Assembly: GCA_035525215.1 (NCBI GenBank)
Contig: DATLEY010000161.1
Coordinates: 8,483 to 72,482 of the forward strand
Reading direction: 5' to 3'
Length of the DNA stretch: 64,000 nucleotides
From: Thermoanaerobaculia bacterium
GTDB lineage: Bacteria > Acidobacteriota > Thermoanaerobaculia > Gp7-AA8
The notes below the pieces were generated by a model, which was not told the origin of the DNA, searched no databases, and was given only the letters and a program-made list of their open reading frames with translations. The position numbers were made by a program, and so were the translations under genes. Below are positions 8,914-17,979 of this stretch, one piece after another; the stretch's first letter is position 1; every line of letters starts with the position of its first letter.

Positions 8914-10716
8914 TCAGACCGCGCGAGTCCCGAATCCGGCGGGTAGCCTCATCGCGACGCTCTCGATCACGAACTCCTCGATCTCCTGCGCGGTCTTTTT
9001 CTGCATTGCCTGGCCGGCAATGCGACGGCAATCGCGATAGCGGAGGGATCGAAGGACCTCCTTCATGACTGGGATCGCCGAAGGAGTCATCGAGAAGATA
9101 TCGAGTCCCAGTCCGAGGAGAATGACGGCGTAGAGAGGATCCGAGGCCATTTCTCCGCACATCGATACCGGAATCCCCGCATCCTTTCCCGCGTCGATGA
9201 CGAGCTTGACCAGGCGGAGGATGGCGGGATGAAGCGGCTCATAGAGATAGCTGACGTTCTCGTTGGAACGGTCGATGGCCAGCGCGTACTGGATGAGGTC
9301 ATTGGTTCCGATCGCGAAGAAATCCGCTTCGGTCGCCAGGACATCCGCGGTCATCGCCGCGGATGGCACCTCGATCATGATCCCGACCGGCAGCTCCGGA
9401 TCGTAGGCCAGTCCCTCGGCATCGAGCTCCTGGCGGATCTCGCGCAGGAATGATTTCGCCTGCCGAAGCTCCTGGATTCCCGAGACCAGGGGAAACATGA
9501 TCTTCATCGGTCCATGAGCCGACGCTCGAAGAATCGCGCGAAGCTGGGTCCGGAACATGTCGCGGTGACGCATGCAGAGGCGCAGCGCCCGAAGGCCGAG
9601 AACCGGGTTGTCCTCTTTGGAGCCCATGACCTCCCGCGCGAGCTTTTTTCCCCCCAGGTCGAAGGTGCGGATGACCGCGCGATGCGGGGCGGCGGCCTCG
9701 GCGATTTTCTGGTAGACCTCCAGGTGTTCCTCTTCATCGGGGAGTCGGGGGCTCTTCGAGATGTAGAGAAATTCCGACCGGTACAGCCCGATCCCTTCGG
9801 CGCCGAAGCGGTGGGCGTCCTGGAGCTCTTCGATCAGCTCGAGATTCGCTTCCAACCGGACGGAATGCCCGTCCCGGGTGATCGTCGGCATGTCGCGATT
9901 CAGGAGAAGCCGCGTCTCATACTCCTCGTGACGCGTCACCTTGCTGCGGAACTCCTCGATCAGCGCGGGCGTTGGATTGACGACCAGGGTTCCTTCGTAG
10001 CCATCGACGATGACGAGCTCCTCGTTGTCGATGACCTGAGTGAGGCGCGGGACCCCGATCACCGCCGGCATGAAGAGCGACTTGGCGATGATCGATGTGT
10101 GCGACGTCCGGCCCCCGGACTCGGTCGCGAAGCCGACGATCGGCTTTCGGTTGAAGTGGACCGCATCGGAAGGAGTGAGGTCATCGGCGAGGATGATCAC
10201 GTCATGATCGATCTCGGAGAGATCGTGATGCGAGAGCCCCTGCAGGTTCTTGAGCAGGCTCATTCCGACGTCCTTCACGTCCTCGCCGCGGTCGCGGAGA
10301 TATTCGTCCTCGAACCGTTCGAAGCGCGCCTCCAGCTCTTCCTGCACTTCGTGGAGCGCCCATTCGGCATTGATCTGATCGAGCTCGATCTTCTGGATGA
10401 CCTTGTCGGAAAAGGCGGGATCGCTGGCGATCATCGCGTGTGCATCGAAAATCGAGGCGTATTCCTCGCCGATGGAACGGGCCACCTTGTCTTTCAAGTC
10501 CAGCAGGTCGATACGGGTCTGCTCGAGTGCCTGGCGGAACCTCCCCACCTCCCGTTCGATGTCCGCTTCCTTGATCGGAACGCGGAAGGCTGAGCTGATG
10601 CGCTCGACGATGAGCGCTCTGCCGATGGCGATTCCAGGAGAGACGCCGATTCCCTTGTAGGTCCGGATCTCCGACCGTACGTCGCGGGGAGGTCTCTTTC
10701 CTTTGGGTACGAACAC
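8914..10716 (-). CDS. ptsI: Phosphoenolpyruvate-protein phosphotransferase (PTS Enzyme I)
   Basis: 600 aa with GVSPGIAIGRA at the N-terminus. Phosphohistidine and PEP-utilising domains are present. GTG start 4 nt after the ptsH stop. Confidence 0.85.
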   Translation of the reverse strand: MFVPKGKRPPRDVRSEIRTYKGIGVSPGIAIGRALIVERISSAFRVPIKEADIEREVGRFRQALEQTRIDLLDLKDKVARSIGEEYASIFDAHAMIASDPAFSDKVIQKIELDQINAEWALHEVQEELEARFERFEDEYLRDRGEDVKDVGMSLLKNLQGLSHHDLSEIDHDVIILADDLTPSDAVHFNRKPIVGFATESGGRTSHTSIIAKSLFMPAVIGVPRLTQVIDNEELVIVDGYEGTLVVNPTPALIEEFRSKVTRHEEYETRLLLNRDMPTITRDGHSVRLEANLELIEELQDAHRFGAEGIGLYRSEFLYISKSPRLPDEEEHLEVYQKIAEAAAPHRAVIRTFDLGGKKLAREVMGSKEDNPVLGLRALRLCMRHRDMFRTQLRAILRASAHGPMKIMFPLVSGIQELRQAKSFLREIRQELDAEGLAYDPELPVGIMIEVPSAAMTADVLATEADFFAIGTNDLIQYALAIDRSNENVSYLYEPLHPAILRLVKLVIDAGKDAGIPVSMCGEMASDPLYAVILLGLGLDIFSMTPSAIPVMKEVLRSLRYRDCRRIAGQAMQKKTAQEIEEFVIESVAMRLPAGFGTRAV

Positions 10717-10720
10717 GCCG

Positions 10721-10990
10721 TCACTCCGATTCGTCGAACCTTGCCGCGATCAGCTGCTCGATCGATTCGAGCGCCTCTTCCTCATCCTCGCCGATCGCGG
10801 TCACCCGGATCGTCGTCCCCTGACCCGCGGCCAGGAGCAGAATCCCGAGAATACTCTTGGCGTCGACTTCTTCCGAGCCCTTCCGAACCTTGACGTCGCT
10901 CTTGAATCTCGCCGCCGTGTGAACCAGTTTCGCCGCGGCGCGAGCGTGAAGTCCGAGCTTGTTGCGGATCTCGATCTCCCTGGTCGTCAC
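10721..10990 (-). CDS. ptsH: Phosphocarrier protein HPr
   Basis: An 89-aa core, TTREIEIRNKLGLHARAAAKLV..., with the active His in GLHARAA and a regulatory Ser region (KSILG). The GTG start overlaps the EIIA stop as GTGA. The long track ORF 10721..11305 is an out-of-frame N-terminal extension artefact. Confidence 0.8.
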   Translation of the reverse strand: MTTREIEIRNKLGLHARAAAKLVHTAARFKSDVKVRKGSEEVDAKSILGILLLAAGQGTTIRVTAIGEDEEEALESIEQLIAARFDESE

Positions 10991-11412
10991 GCCGGCCGTT
11001 CCTCCTCGACCTCGGTCACCAGGAGATCCGACGCCACCCGGATCGACTTCGACCCCTTCTCGCGGATCATGTGCGCGGCTGCGAGAAGGTCGTTGCTCAC
11101 ATTCCGCACCGAAACGAACTTCACGATCATCGGCAGGTTCACCCCGGTCACGATCTCGACTCGATCCTTCTCCAGAAAGGAAAGACTGATATTGCTGGGC
11201 GTCCCGCCGAACATATCCGTGAAGATGATCACCCCCCGATCGTGGCCAATGCGCTCCAGGGCGAGCCGGATCTTCTCTCGCGACTGCTCCACGGACTCGC
11301 TCCACTCGAGGGGGACCGCTTCGATTCCGTCGAGGACCCCTTCGATCGTCTCCGCGGCGTGGAGGAGCTCATAGGCCAGTTTTCCGTGGGTGACGATCAG
11401 ACCACCGATCAA
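10987..11412 (-). CDS. PTS EIIA component, mannose/fructose (Man) family
   Basis: 141 aa, MIGGLIVTHGKLAYELL..., a typical EIIA-Man fold sequence. TTG start with an AAGGAG ribosome-binding site. No EIIB/C/D genes nearby. Confidence 0.75.
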   Translation of the reverse strand: MIGGLIVTHGKLAYELLHAAETIEGVLDGIEAVPLEWSESVEQSREKIRLALERIGHDRGVIIFTDMFGGTPSNISLSFLEKDRVEIVTGVNLPMIVKFVSVRNVSNDLLAAAHMIREKGSKSIRVASDLLVTEVEEERPA

Positions 11413-11588
11413 CGTCGAAGCTCCTTGGGGGGCTCGCCAGGGGCGGCGCGCCTCAGCCGCCTGAGAGGCGGCCGGGCGCGAAATTCTAACATTGGAAAGG
11501 GTTTACGCCTTCCCGCATCCCTTGAGTCAAGAATATGATTGCTATATGCTCATATTGTGGAAATGAATGCTGCAAGCGATCGATCATA
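11413..11588 (-). promoter_or_regulatory. AT-rich promoter/leader of the EIIA-ptsH-ptsI operon
   Basis: The only AT-rich stretch in the region. The minus strand carries an extended -10-like TGTTAGAAT. It is followed by GC hairpins (GCCGCCtctcaGGCGGC and GGCGGCtgaggcgcGCCGCC) and then the AAGGAG ribosome-binding site. Confidence 0.35.
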
Positions 11589-12920
11589 TTAGTCGTTAGT
11601 ACTCAGATTCATAGAGGGCGACATGAATCTCTCTCCCTCGTCCCCTTCCCCGCTCTCGAGGCGCGATTGCAGTTCCGACAGAGCTCTGACCTCGAAGACG
11701 CCGAGGGACGATCTGTCGATCATCTCGGCGATTTTCCGGCCGTGCTCTCTCAGTATTGCCCCCCGCGACCTCGGAACCGCCCCCTTCAGAATCCTGTCGA
11801 GAACCTCGAGCTGGTGGAATTGGACCGAAGGGAGCGATCTCGCCGCGCGCGCCATGGGATCGATCGCGAGATTGGCGATCTGGACGAAATCGATCCGGGG
11901 AACCTCCAGGCGGATTTCATTCTCCTCATCGCGGAATTGCCAGCGCGCCTCCAGCACGCAGATTCTCGCGAGAGCGGCGCCCAGCCTGTTGACGCAACTG
12001 ATCGCCGTGAAGGGGTCGTTCAACGAAGGCGAGAGCGCGCGAAGGCCGATCTCGACCAGCCGGGCCATATCGAACTCGACATCCTGTAGCTCGGTCCGAA
12101 CAGTCCCGATCGTAACTGCCTCGCGGATCCAGTCGCCTCCCTCACCCACTGCTTCGGGAGGCCATACCTCGGCCAGGACACGGTCACGAAATGCGAAATC
12201 GCCAGGCCCCCGGAGGAGCCGTACGCGAGCTTTCCGTTCCGCCGCTCCCCTGACCAGTTCTTCGAGAGCGTAGAACTGGACGTATCCATCGTGGAGACTC
12301 GTGACTGTCGCCGGATCCCCTGCGGTGCGCATCGGAGTCTCGTTCTCATCGAGATCGCCGAACGACTCATCGATTCGACGGTCGAGATCCTTGGCCAGTT
12401 TTCCGATCACGTTGTCGACCTGGATCGACCAGGAGACGTGATGGATGAAATAGATGAGGACTCCGATGGCGACGATCGAGAGGAGGATCGCGACGGACAG
12501 GGAGAGATGAGGGACGAACGGCGCGAGCTCCCCTCCCCTGACGGTCCGAAGAACGAGCATGCAGTAGACGAACAGGGACGTGAAGGTGCCGAGAACGAGC
12601 TGATTCCCACGATCCTGCATGAAATTACGAAGCAGCCGGGGCCCGAACTGCTGCGATGCCAGAGAGAGCGCGACGATCGTCATCGAGAAGACGACGCCGG
12701 CCACCGTAATCATCGATCCGGCGATCGTGGCCAGGAGCCCCCTCGCTTCCTCAGGACCGCCGCTGTAAACCCACCAGGGAAGGTCGTCCGAGCCCCTGAA
12801 GAAACTGTGATCGAGCGCGCCCAAGCCGAATGCGAGGGCCACGGCCGTGCTCAGCATCGCGGCCGGGACGAACCAGAGACCACTCCGGATGCGATCGATC
12901 ATTTTCAGAAAGCGGGTCAT
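11589..12920 (-). CDS. DUF2254-family membrane protein
   Basis: 443 aa. N-terminal TM helices followed by a large soluble domain, in the pattern typical of DUF2254. Function unknown. Inserted between rapZ and the EIIA-ptsH-ptsI genes. Confidence 0.55.
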   Translation of the reverse strand: MTRFLKMIDRIRSGLWFVPAAMLSTAVALAFGLGALDHSFFRGSDDLPWWVYSGGPEEARGLLATIAGSMITVAGVVFSMTIVALSLASQQFGPRLLRNFMQDRGNQLVLGTFTSLFVYCMLVLRTVRGGELAPFVPHLSLSVAILLSIVAIGVLIYFIHHVSWSIQVDNVIGKLAKDLDRRIDESFGDLDENETPMRTAGDPATVTSLHDGYVQFYALEELVRGAAERKARVRLLRGPGDFAFRDRVLAEVWPPEAVGEGGDWIREAVTIGTVRTELQDVEFDMARLVEIGLRALSPSLNDPFTAISCVNRLGAALARICVLEARWQFRDEENEIRLEVPRIDFVQIANLAIDPMARAARSLPSVQFHQLEVLDRILKGAVPRSRGAILREHGRKIAEMIDRSSLGVFEVRALSELQSRLESGEGDEGERFMSPSMNLSTND

Positions 12921-12973
12921 GGCGGGAATGAGGAGCGAAGAGCCTGCCAGCGGCTCGGGCCAAGGCCGGATTT

Positions 12974-13834
12974 TCAGCGCTTGCAGTCTCGGTGCGTCAT
13001 TTCCACGGAGTATCCGGCCGCGGTGAGCTCCTCCCGCAGCCGCTCGCCGATCGCGACCGAGCGATGCCGCCCGCCGGTGCAGCCGATTCCGATCGACAGA
13101 TAGCTCTTCATCTCGTTCTCGTACTGCGGAAGGAGATAGAGAATGAAGTCGAGCAGCCTTTTCACGAACTCCGTGTACTCGGGCTTCCCTTCGAGATACT
13201 CGACGATCTCCCTGTCCAGGCCCGTCTTCGGTCTCAACTCGTCCACGAAGTGAGGGTTCGGCAGGAAGCGGACATCGAACATGAGATCGAGGTTGTAGGG
13301 GAGAACGTATTTGTAGCCGAAGGTGACGATGTTGATCATCATCTCCCGCTGATAGCCGGGGAGCTCGAAACGGCGAATGACCTCCGCCTTCAGCTCGTGG
13401 ACCGAGAACTGGGAAGTGTCCAGAACCATGTCCGCCATGCTCCGCACTTCGGCAAGGCTGGAGCGCTCCTTGGCGATCGCCTCGACGACCGGCATCTCCG
13501 GACCGAACGGATGCGGCCTGCGAGTCTCCGAGAACCGCCGGGCCAGCACCTCGTCGCTCGCCTCCAGAAAGATGAGCATGGCCTCGGGAATCCGCATCTT
13601 GATCCGGTCTCGATAGATCGTCGGAAAGTCTTCGGCGAAGCCGGTCGTGCGCACGTCCACCACGACGCCCACTTTGCGGTAGCCCTCCCTGGTGACCTCC
13701 TCGAGGAGCGGCTCGATCATCCGGACCGGAAGATTATCGGTGCAATAAAACCCGAGGTCTTCGAACGTGGATTGTGCGTAGCTCTTGCCCGCCCCTGAGA
13801 GGCCGGTGATGATCACAGCGCTCTCAGGTTTCAT
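12974..13834 (-). CDS. rapZ: RNase adapter protein RapZ (YhbJ)
   Basis: MKPESAVIITGLSGAGKSYA P-loop and the conserved C-terminal CTGGRHRSV motif. 4-nt overlap with hprK. Confidence 0.85.
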   Translation of the reverse strand: MKPESAVIITGLSGAGKSYAQSTFEDLGFYCTDNLPVRMIEPLLEEVTREGYRKVGVVVDVRTTGFAEDFPTIYRDRIKMRIPEAMLIFLEASDEVLARRFSETRRPHPFGPEMPVVEAIAKERSSLAEVRSMADMVLDTSQFSVHELKAEVIRRFELPGYQREMMINIVTFGYKYVLPYNLDLMFDVRFLPNPHFVDELRPKTGLDREIVEYLEGKPEYTEFVKRLLDFILYLLPQYENEMKSYLSIGIGCTGGRHRSVAIGERLREELTAAGYSVEMTHRDCKR

Positions 13835-14931
13835 TTCCCGCGTCCCCTGCGGCGGGCGTGATCGATCTCTCGGTTTTTCTGATGCATCATGAGCTGCCGG
13901 CTCTGCAGACTGCGAACCTGAGAGCTGGCCGACGCGGCGTCGGTGGGCTCCGGAAGCTTCCGGGCCTCCTGATCGGCCTCATGGGCCTTTCGAACGAGAT
14001 ACTCATCGAGCTGGTTCGAGAAGTTCTGCGCCGAGTGATAGCCCTGCAGCTTCAGAAGATGGTTGCGAGCCGCGATCTCCACCAGGAGAGCGAGGTTCCT
14101 TCCCGACGCGACCGGGAGCCGCACCAGCGGCTTCGTCACCCCGAGGAGCTCGTAGGTCTCCCCTTCCAGTCCGAGCCGGTCGTATTCCGTGCCTTCCACC
14201 CACTTCTCGAGCTTCACCACGATGTCGATCGGCTTGATGTCGCGTGTGGAGGAAACCCCGAAGAGATCCTTGATGTTGATGATTCCGATCCCCCGAAGCT
14301 CCATGTGATGCGGAAGAATCTCGGATGAGTAGCCCAGCATCACGTCATTCGGATGGCGGCGGATGATGACCATGTCGTCGGCGATCAGCCGGTGCCCGCG
14401 ATAGATCAGGTCGAGAGCGCATTCGCTCTTCCCGATCCCGCTGTCGCCGATGAGGAGGAGGCCGATCCCAACCACGTCCAGCAGACCCGCGTGAAGCGTC
14501 ACGTGAGGCGCCATCGACTCTTCCAGAAAATAGGTGATCCGGTTGATGGCCTGCGAGGTGAGCGCCTCGGTCGCGAAAAGAGGGACCGACCGGTTCTCGC
14601 ACTCCTGGATGAACTCCTGCAGCGGCGGCATCCCCTTGGTCACGATGAAGCAGGCCACCTCGTGCGCCGCGACGTCGCGGACCCGTTTCTCCCTGAGCCG
14701 CGCCGGGAGCCCCTGCAGGTACTTGGTCTCGGACTCACCGATGATCTGAACCCTGCCCGGTTTGATGTACTCGTAGTAGCCGGCGAAGGCCAGACCGGGT
14801 TTCTGGACGCGCGGCCGGAGAATGGTGCGGTCGAGCCCATCCCCCCCGGTGATCAGCTCGAGACCGAGATCGCCCAGCTCCGGGGAGAGAAGGACCTGGA
14901 CGGAAGCCTGAACGAAATCTTCCTGATTCAT
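13831..14931 (-). CDS. hprK: HPr kinase/phosphorylase
   Basis: GDSGIGKSE Walker A and the LIADD block. A ~40-aa basic C-terminal extension overlaps the rapZ start. Confidence 0.85.
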   Translation of the reverse strand: MNQEDFVQASVQVLLSPELGDLGLELITGGDGLDRTILRPRVQKPGLAFAGYYEYIKPGRVQIIGESETKYLQGLPARLREKRVRDVAAHEVACFIVTKGMPPLQEFIQECENRSVPLFATEALTSQAINRITYFLEESMAPHVTLHAGLLDVVGIGLLLIGDSGIGKSECALDLIYRGHRLIADDMVIIRRHPNDVMLGYSSEILPHHMELRGIGIINIKDLFGVSSTRDIKPIDIVVKLEKWVEGTEYDRLGLEGETYELLGVTKPLVRLPVASGRNLALLVEIAARNHLLKLQGYHSAQNFSNQLDEYLVRKAHEADQEARKLPEPTDAASASSQVRSLQSRQLMMHQKNREIDHARRRGRGK

Positions 14932-15007
14932 CGCATCGCGCTCTCGGTTGGTGTGCCAGACGCCACACGCATTATCCGCCCGATCGCCGCTTCCCGCGGC
15001 TTTTCGT

Positions 15008-15556
15008 TCAGAACTCGGGCGCGATCATCCCGAAATTCTCGTCCCGGCGGCGATAAATCACGGTGACCCGGTCGGTATCGAGGTCGCGGAAGACGATGAA
15101 CTCGTTCTTGGAATCATCCAGGACCAGAGCGGCCTGCTCCACGGACATCGGCCGGATGGGCTGGCTGTTCTGGCGAATGATCCGCGGTCCGCTCTGACGC
15201 TCCCCACGGAGATCGGATTGCTCGATCATGCTGACCTCCCACCCCGCGGGTGAGGGTCCTCCCTTTTTCCGGAGATCGGTGGTCTTCTTGCGGTTCTTCT
15301 GAGCCTGGCGTTTCAGATGGTCGAGGGTCGAGCTGACGGCGTCTTCCATGGTGTCGGCTTCCTGGGACGACTTGACGTCGTAGGTCTTGCCGACGATGAA
15401 GATCTCGCAGATGTGGCGGTGCTTCTCGACGTTGAGGACGCAGCGGACCTCGATCACGTCGGGAAAGAATTTGGTGACTTTCGGAAGCTTCTGATTGATC
15501 AGGTCGCGGATACGATCGTTGACCTCATAGTTGCGTCCGGAGATCTCGATGTCCAT
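15008..15556 (-). CDS. hpf: Ribosome hibernation promoting factor (long form)
   Basis: MDIEISGRNYEV... conserved N-terminal domain plus a C-terminal dimerisation domain. Start taken at the ATG at 15556; the track ORF extends 29 codons further upstream. Confidence 0.8.
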   Translation of the reverse strand: MDIEISGRNYEVNDRIRDLINQKLPKVTKFFPDVIEVRCVLNVEKHRHICEIFIVGKTYDVKSSQEADTMEDAVSSTLDHLKRQAQKNRKKTTDLRKKGGPSPAGWEVSMIEQSDLRGERQSGPRIIRQNSQPIRPMSVEQAALVLDDSKNEFIVFRDLDTDRVTVIYRRRDENFGMIAPEF

Positions 15557-15668
15557 TGCACTCCTCCGTGAATCCCTTTCGCGCCTCGCGCGCTGGTGAT
15601 CTCGCTTCAAATCCCGTTCCGGGCTGCCCGGGGAAAACGGCAATCTTCCATCGCCAACACAGGGGGCG

Positions 15669-17117
15669 TCAGAAGATCTGCTTGCGGTCGGTGGATGAGG
15701 GGATATTCAGCTCGTCGCGGTATTTGGCGACGGTCCGCCGGGCGATGTTGATTCCTTCGTCATTGAGAATCTTCATGATTTTGGAATCAGACAGCGGCTT
15801 CCGGGGATCCTCCCCAGAGATGTATCCCTGAATCTTCCGTTTGACGGTGAGGCTGGAGATGTCGCCGCCGAACTCCGAATCGATGCCGCTGTGGAAGAAA
15901 TACTTCATGAGGAAGAGGCCACGCGGGGTGTGCATGTACTTGTTGGAGACCACGCGCGACACGGTCGACTCGTGCATCTGAATGTCGTCCGCCACGTCCC
16001 GCAGCACCAGCGGGCGGAGGAAGTCGATTCCCTTATCCAGGAACTCGCGCTGGTGCTTCACGATGGACTCGGCGACCTTGTAGATGGTCCGCTGGCGCTG
16101 GTCGAGGGACTTGATCAGCCATACCGCCGAGCGGATTTTTTCCTTGATGTAATTGACGGTCTCGCCGTCCTTCTTCGAGTCCATGGAGTGGAGCATCTGC
16201 CGGTAGCTGCCGTTGATCCGGAGCTTCGGCATGCCGTCCTCGTTGAGCTGAATCACGTACTCGTCGCCGATCTTGTGGATGTAGACGTCCGGCTCCACGT
16301 AAATCGCCCGCTCGTTGCTGTACTTGCGGCCGGGTTTGGGATCGAGGTGCTTGATGATCTCGACGATGGCCTCGAGCTGTTTCATCTCGATCGAGAGATG
16401 CTTGGCCAGCTGGACGAAGTGGCGGTTCATCACCATGTCCCAGTGATCGCGCACGACCTGCTCGACCAGAGGATCGTCGATCTCCAGCGGCGCGAGCTGC
16501 AGGAGCAGGCACTCGCGAAGATCGCGGGCTCCCACGCCGACCGGGTCGAACGACTGAACGCGCTTGATCGCGGCCTCGACAAGCTCGCGGTCCGCCCTGG
16601 TCGCTTCGATGATCTCGTCGACGGAAGCTCGCAGATAGCCGTCCTCGTCGATATTTCCGATGATGAAGCCGGCGACTTCCTTGATCTCGGGTGAAGCGTC
16701 GGACATGGCCAGCTGCCAGCCGATATGGTCCGGAAGGTCGGGAGGGCGCGTGAGAGTGTTCTCGATCGGAAACTCTTCGTACTCCTCCGTCATGCGGGGG
16801 TTGTAGCCGTACTCGATGTAATCCTGGAAGTAGGCGTCGTAATCGATCTCGTCGAAGGAGTCTTTCTCCTCCGGCTTGGTCTCTTCCTTGGCCGCTTCCT
16901 CGGCCTTCTGCTCCTGGCTTTCGGCCTCCGCCTCTTCCCCCTTCACTTCCTCCTGCTCCTGGGTCTCGTCGAGCAGGGGGTTCTCCAGGAGCTCCTGGTT
17001 GAGGACCTCCTGGAGCTCGAGTTTGCTCAACTGCAGCAGCTTGATCGCCTGCTGCAGCGAAGGCGTCATGATCAGCTTTTGAGAAAGCCTGAGGTGAAGC
17101 TTTTGTTCGAGCGCCAT
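15669..17117 (-). CDS. rpoN: RNA polymerase sigma-54 factor
   Basis: N-terminal region I (LQLSKLELQ), an acidic linker and the C-terminal RpoN box ARRTVAKYR. Confidence 0.9.
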   Translation of the reverse strand: MALEQKLHLRLSQKLIMTPSLQQAIKLLQLSKLELQEVLNQELLENPLLDETQEQEEVKGEEAEAESQEQKAEEAAKEETKPEEKDSFDEIDYDAYFQDYIEYGYNPRMTEEYEEFPIENTLTRPPDLPDHIGWQLAMSDASPEIKEVAGFIIGNIDEDGYLRASVDEIIEATRADRELVEAAIKRVQSFDPVGVGARDLRECLLLQLAPLEIDDPLVEQVVRDHWDMVMNRHFVQLAKHLSIEMKQLEAIVEIIKHLDPKPGRKYSNERAIYVEPDVYIHKIGDEYVIQLNEDGMPKLRINGSYRQMLHSMDSKKDGETVNYIKEKIRSAVWLIKSLDQRQRTIYKVAESIVKHQREFLDKGIDFLRPLVLRDVADDIQMHESTVSRVVSNKYMHTPRGLFLMKYFFHSGIDSEFGGDISSLTVKRKIQGYISGEDPRKPLSDSKIMKILNDEGINIARRTVAKYRDELNIPSSTDRKQIF

Positions 17118-17161
17118 GGTTTTTCGGGGAAGGGACTGGTTCCATCCGGAGCTCGAAGGCC

Positions 17162-17959
17162 CTAGTGGAGGTTGAACCCCTCCCCCAGATAGATGCGGCG
17201 GACTTCCGGGTCGGTCGACAGCAGCTCGGGCGGCCCCTGGCGAAAGATCTCGCCTTCCTTAATGATATAGGCCCGATCGGTGATCTTCAATGTTTCCCGC
17301 ACGTTATGATCAGTGATGAGGATGCCAATCCCTCGCTCGCGGAGCTGAGAGACGATGCGCTGAATGTCGAGGACCGCGATGGGATCGATTCCTGCAAAGG
17401 GCTCATCGAGCAAGATGAATGCCGGATTGATCGCCAGGCACCGGGCGATCTCCACTCTCCGCCGCTCCCCTCCCGACAACGCGTATCCCCGGCTCTTCAT
17501 GATGTGCGCGAGGCCGAACTCCTCGAGCAGCCGGCGCGCTCGCCGTTCCCGCTCCGCCGCCGAGATGCCCATCGTCTCGAACACGGCGAGAAGATTCTGT
17601 TCGACCGTGAGCTTCCGGAAAATCGAAGCCTCCTGCGGAAGGTAGCTGATTCCCTTCTGCGCCCGGAGATACATCGGCATCGTGGTGATCTCCTCGTTGC
17701 CGAGAAGCACGCTTCCGCCGTCGGGGCGGGTCAGCCCGACCACCATGTAGAACGTCGTCGTTTTTCCGGCGCCGTTCGGCCCGAGCAGTCCGACGATCTC
17801 ACCCTGCCTGATGTCGACCGAGACGTCGCGGACCACCCTGCGGCCGCGGTAGATCTTGACCAGATTGCGCGTCGAGAGGAGAAGAGCGCCGCTCCCGGCG
17901 GTCGCGGCCCGCTCCGAGATCCCGAGCTCGCTCAGGCGGATTTCCTTGAGGTTCGTCAT
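17162..17959 (-). CDS. lptB: LPS export ABC transporter ATP-binding protein LptB
   Basis: GPNGAGKTT Walker [14 protein letters not shown] signature, 265 aa. Immediately upstream of rpoN, as in the canonical lptCAB-rpoN arrangement. Confidence 0.85.
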   Translation of the reverse strand: MTNLKEIRLSELGISERAATAGSGALLLSTRNLVKIYRGRRVVRDVSVDIRQGEIVGLLGPNGAGKTTTFYMVVGLTRPDGGSVLLGNEEITTMPMYLRAQKGISYLPQEASIFRKLTVEQNLLAVFETMGISAAERERRARRLLEEFGLAHIMKSRGYALSGGERRRVEIARCLAINPAFILLDEPFAGIDPIAVLDIQRIVSQLRERGIGILITDHNVRETLKITDRAYIIKEGEIFRQGPPELLSTDPEVRRIYLGEGFNLH

Positions 17960-17979
17960 CGCTGGCGAAGTGTAATGGA

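Noticed and set aside
8816-9160. Upstream extension of the secreted coiled-coil ORF to 308 aa
   Set aside because: It would place the signal peptide internally. The extension is R/G/S-rich low complexity, so the internal ATG at 8815 is used.
10721-11305. 194-aa ORF extending HPr upstream
   Set aside because: Only the last 89 aa match HPr. The upstream part overlaps the EIIA gene in another frame. A GTG start at 10990 with GTGA overlap is the natural start.
16033-17145. 370-aa minus-strand ORF overlapping rpoN
   Set aside because: Out-of-frame overlap with sigma-54, whose translation is unambiguous. R/G/P-rich artefact.
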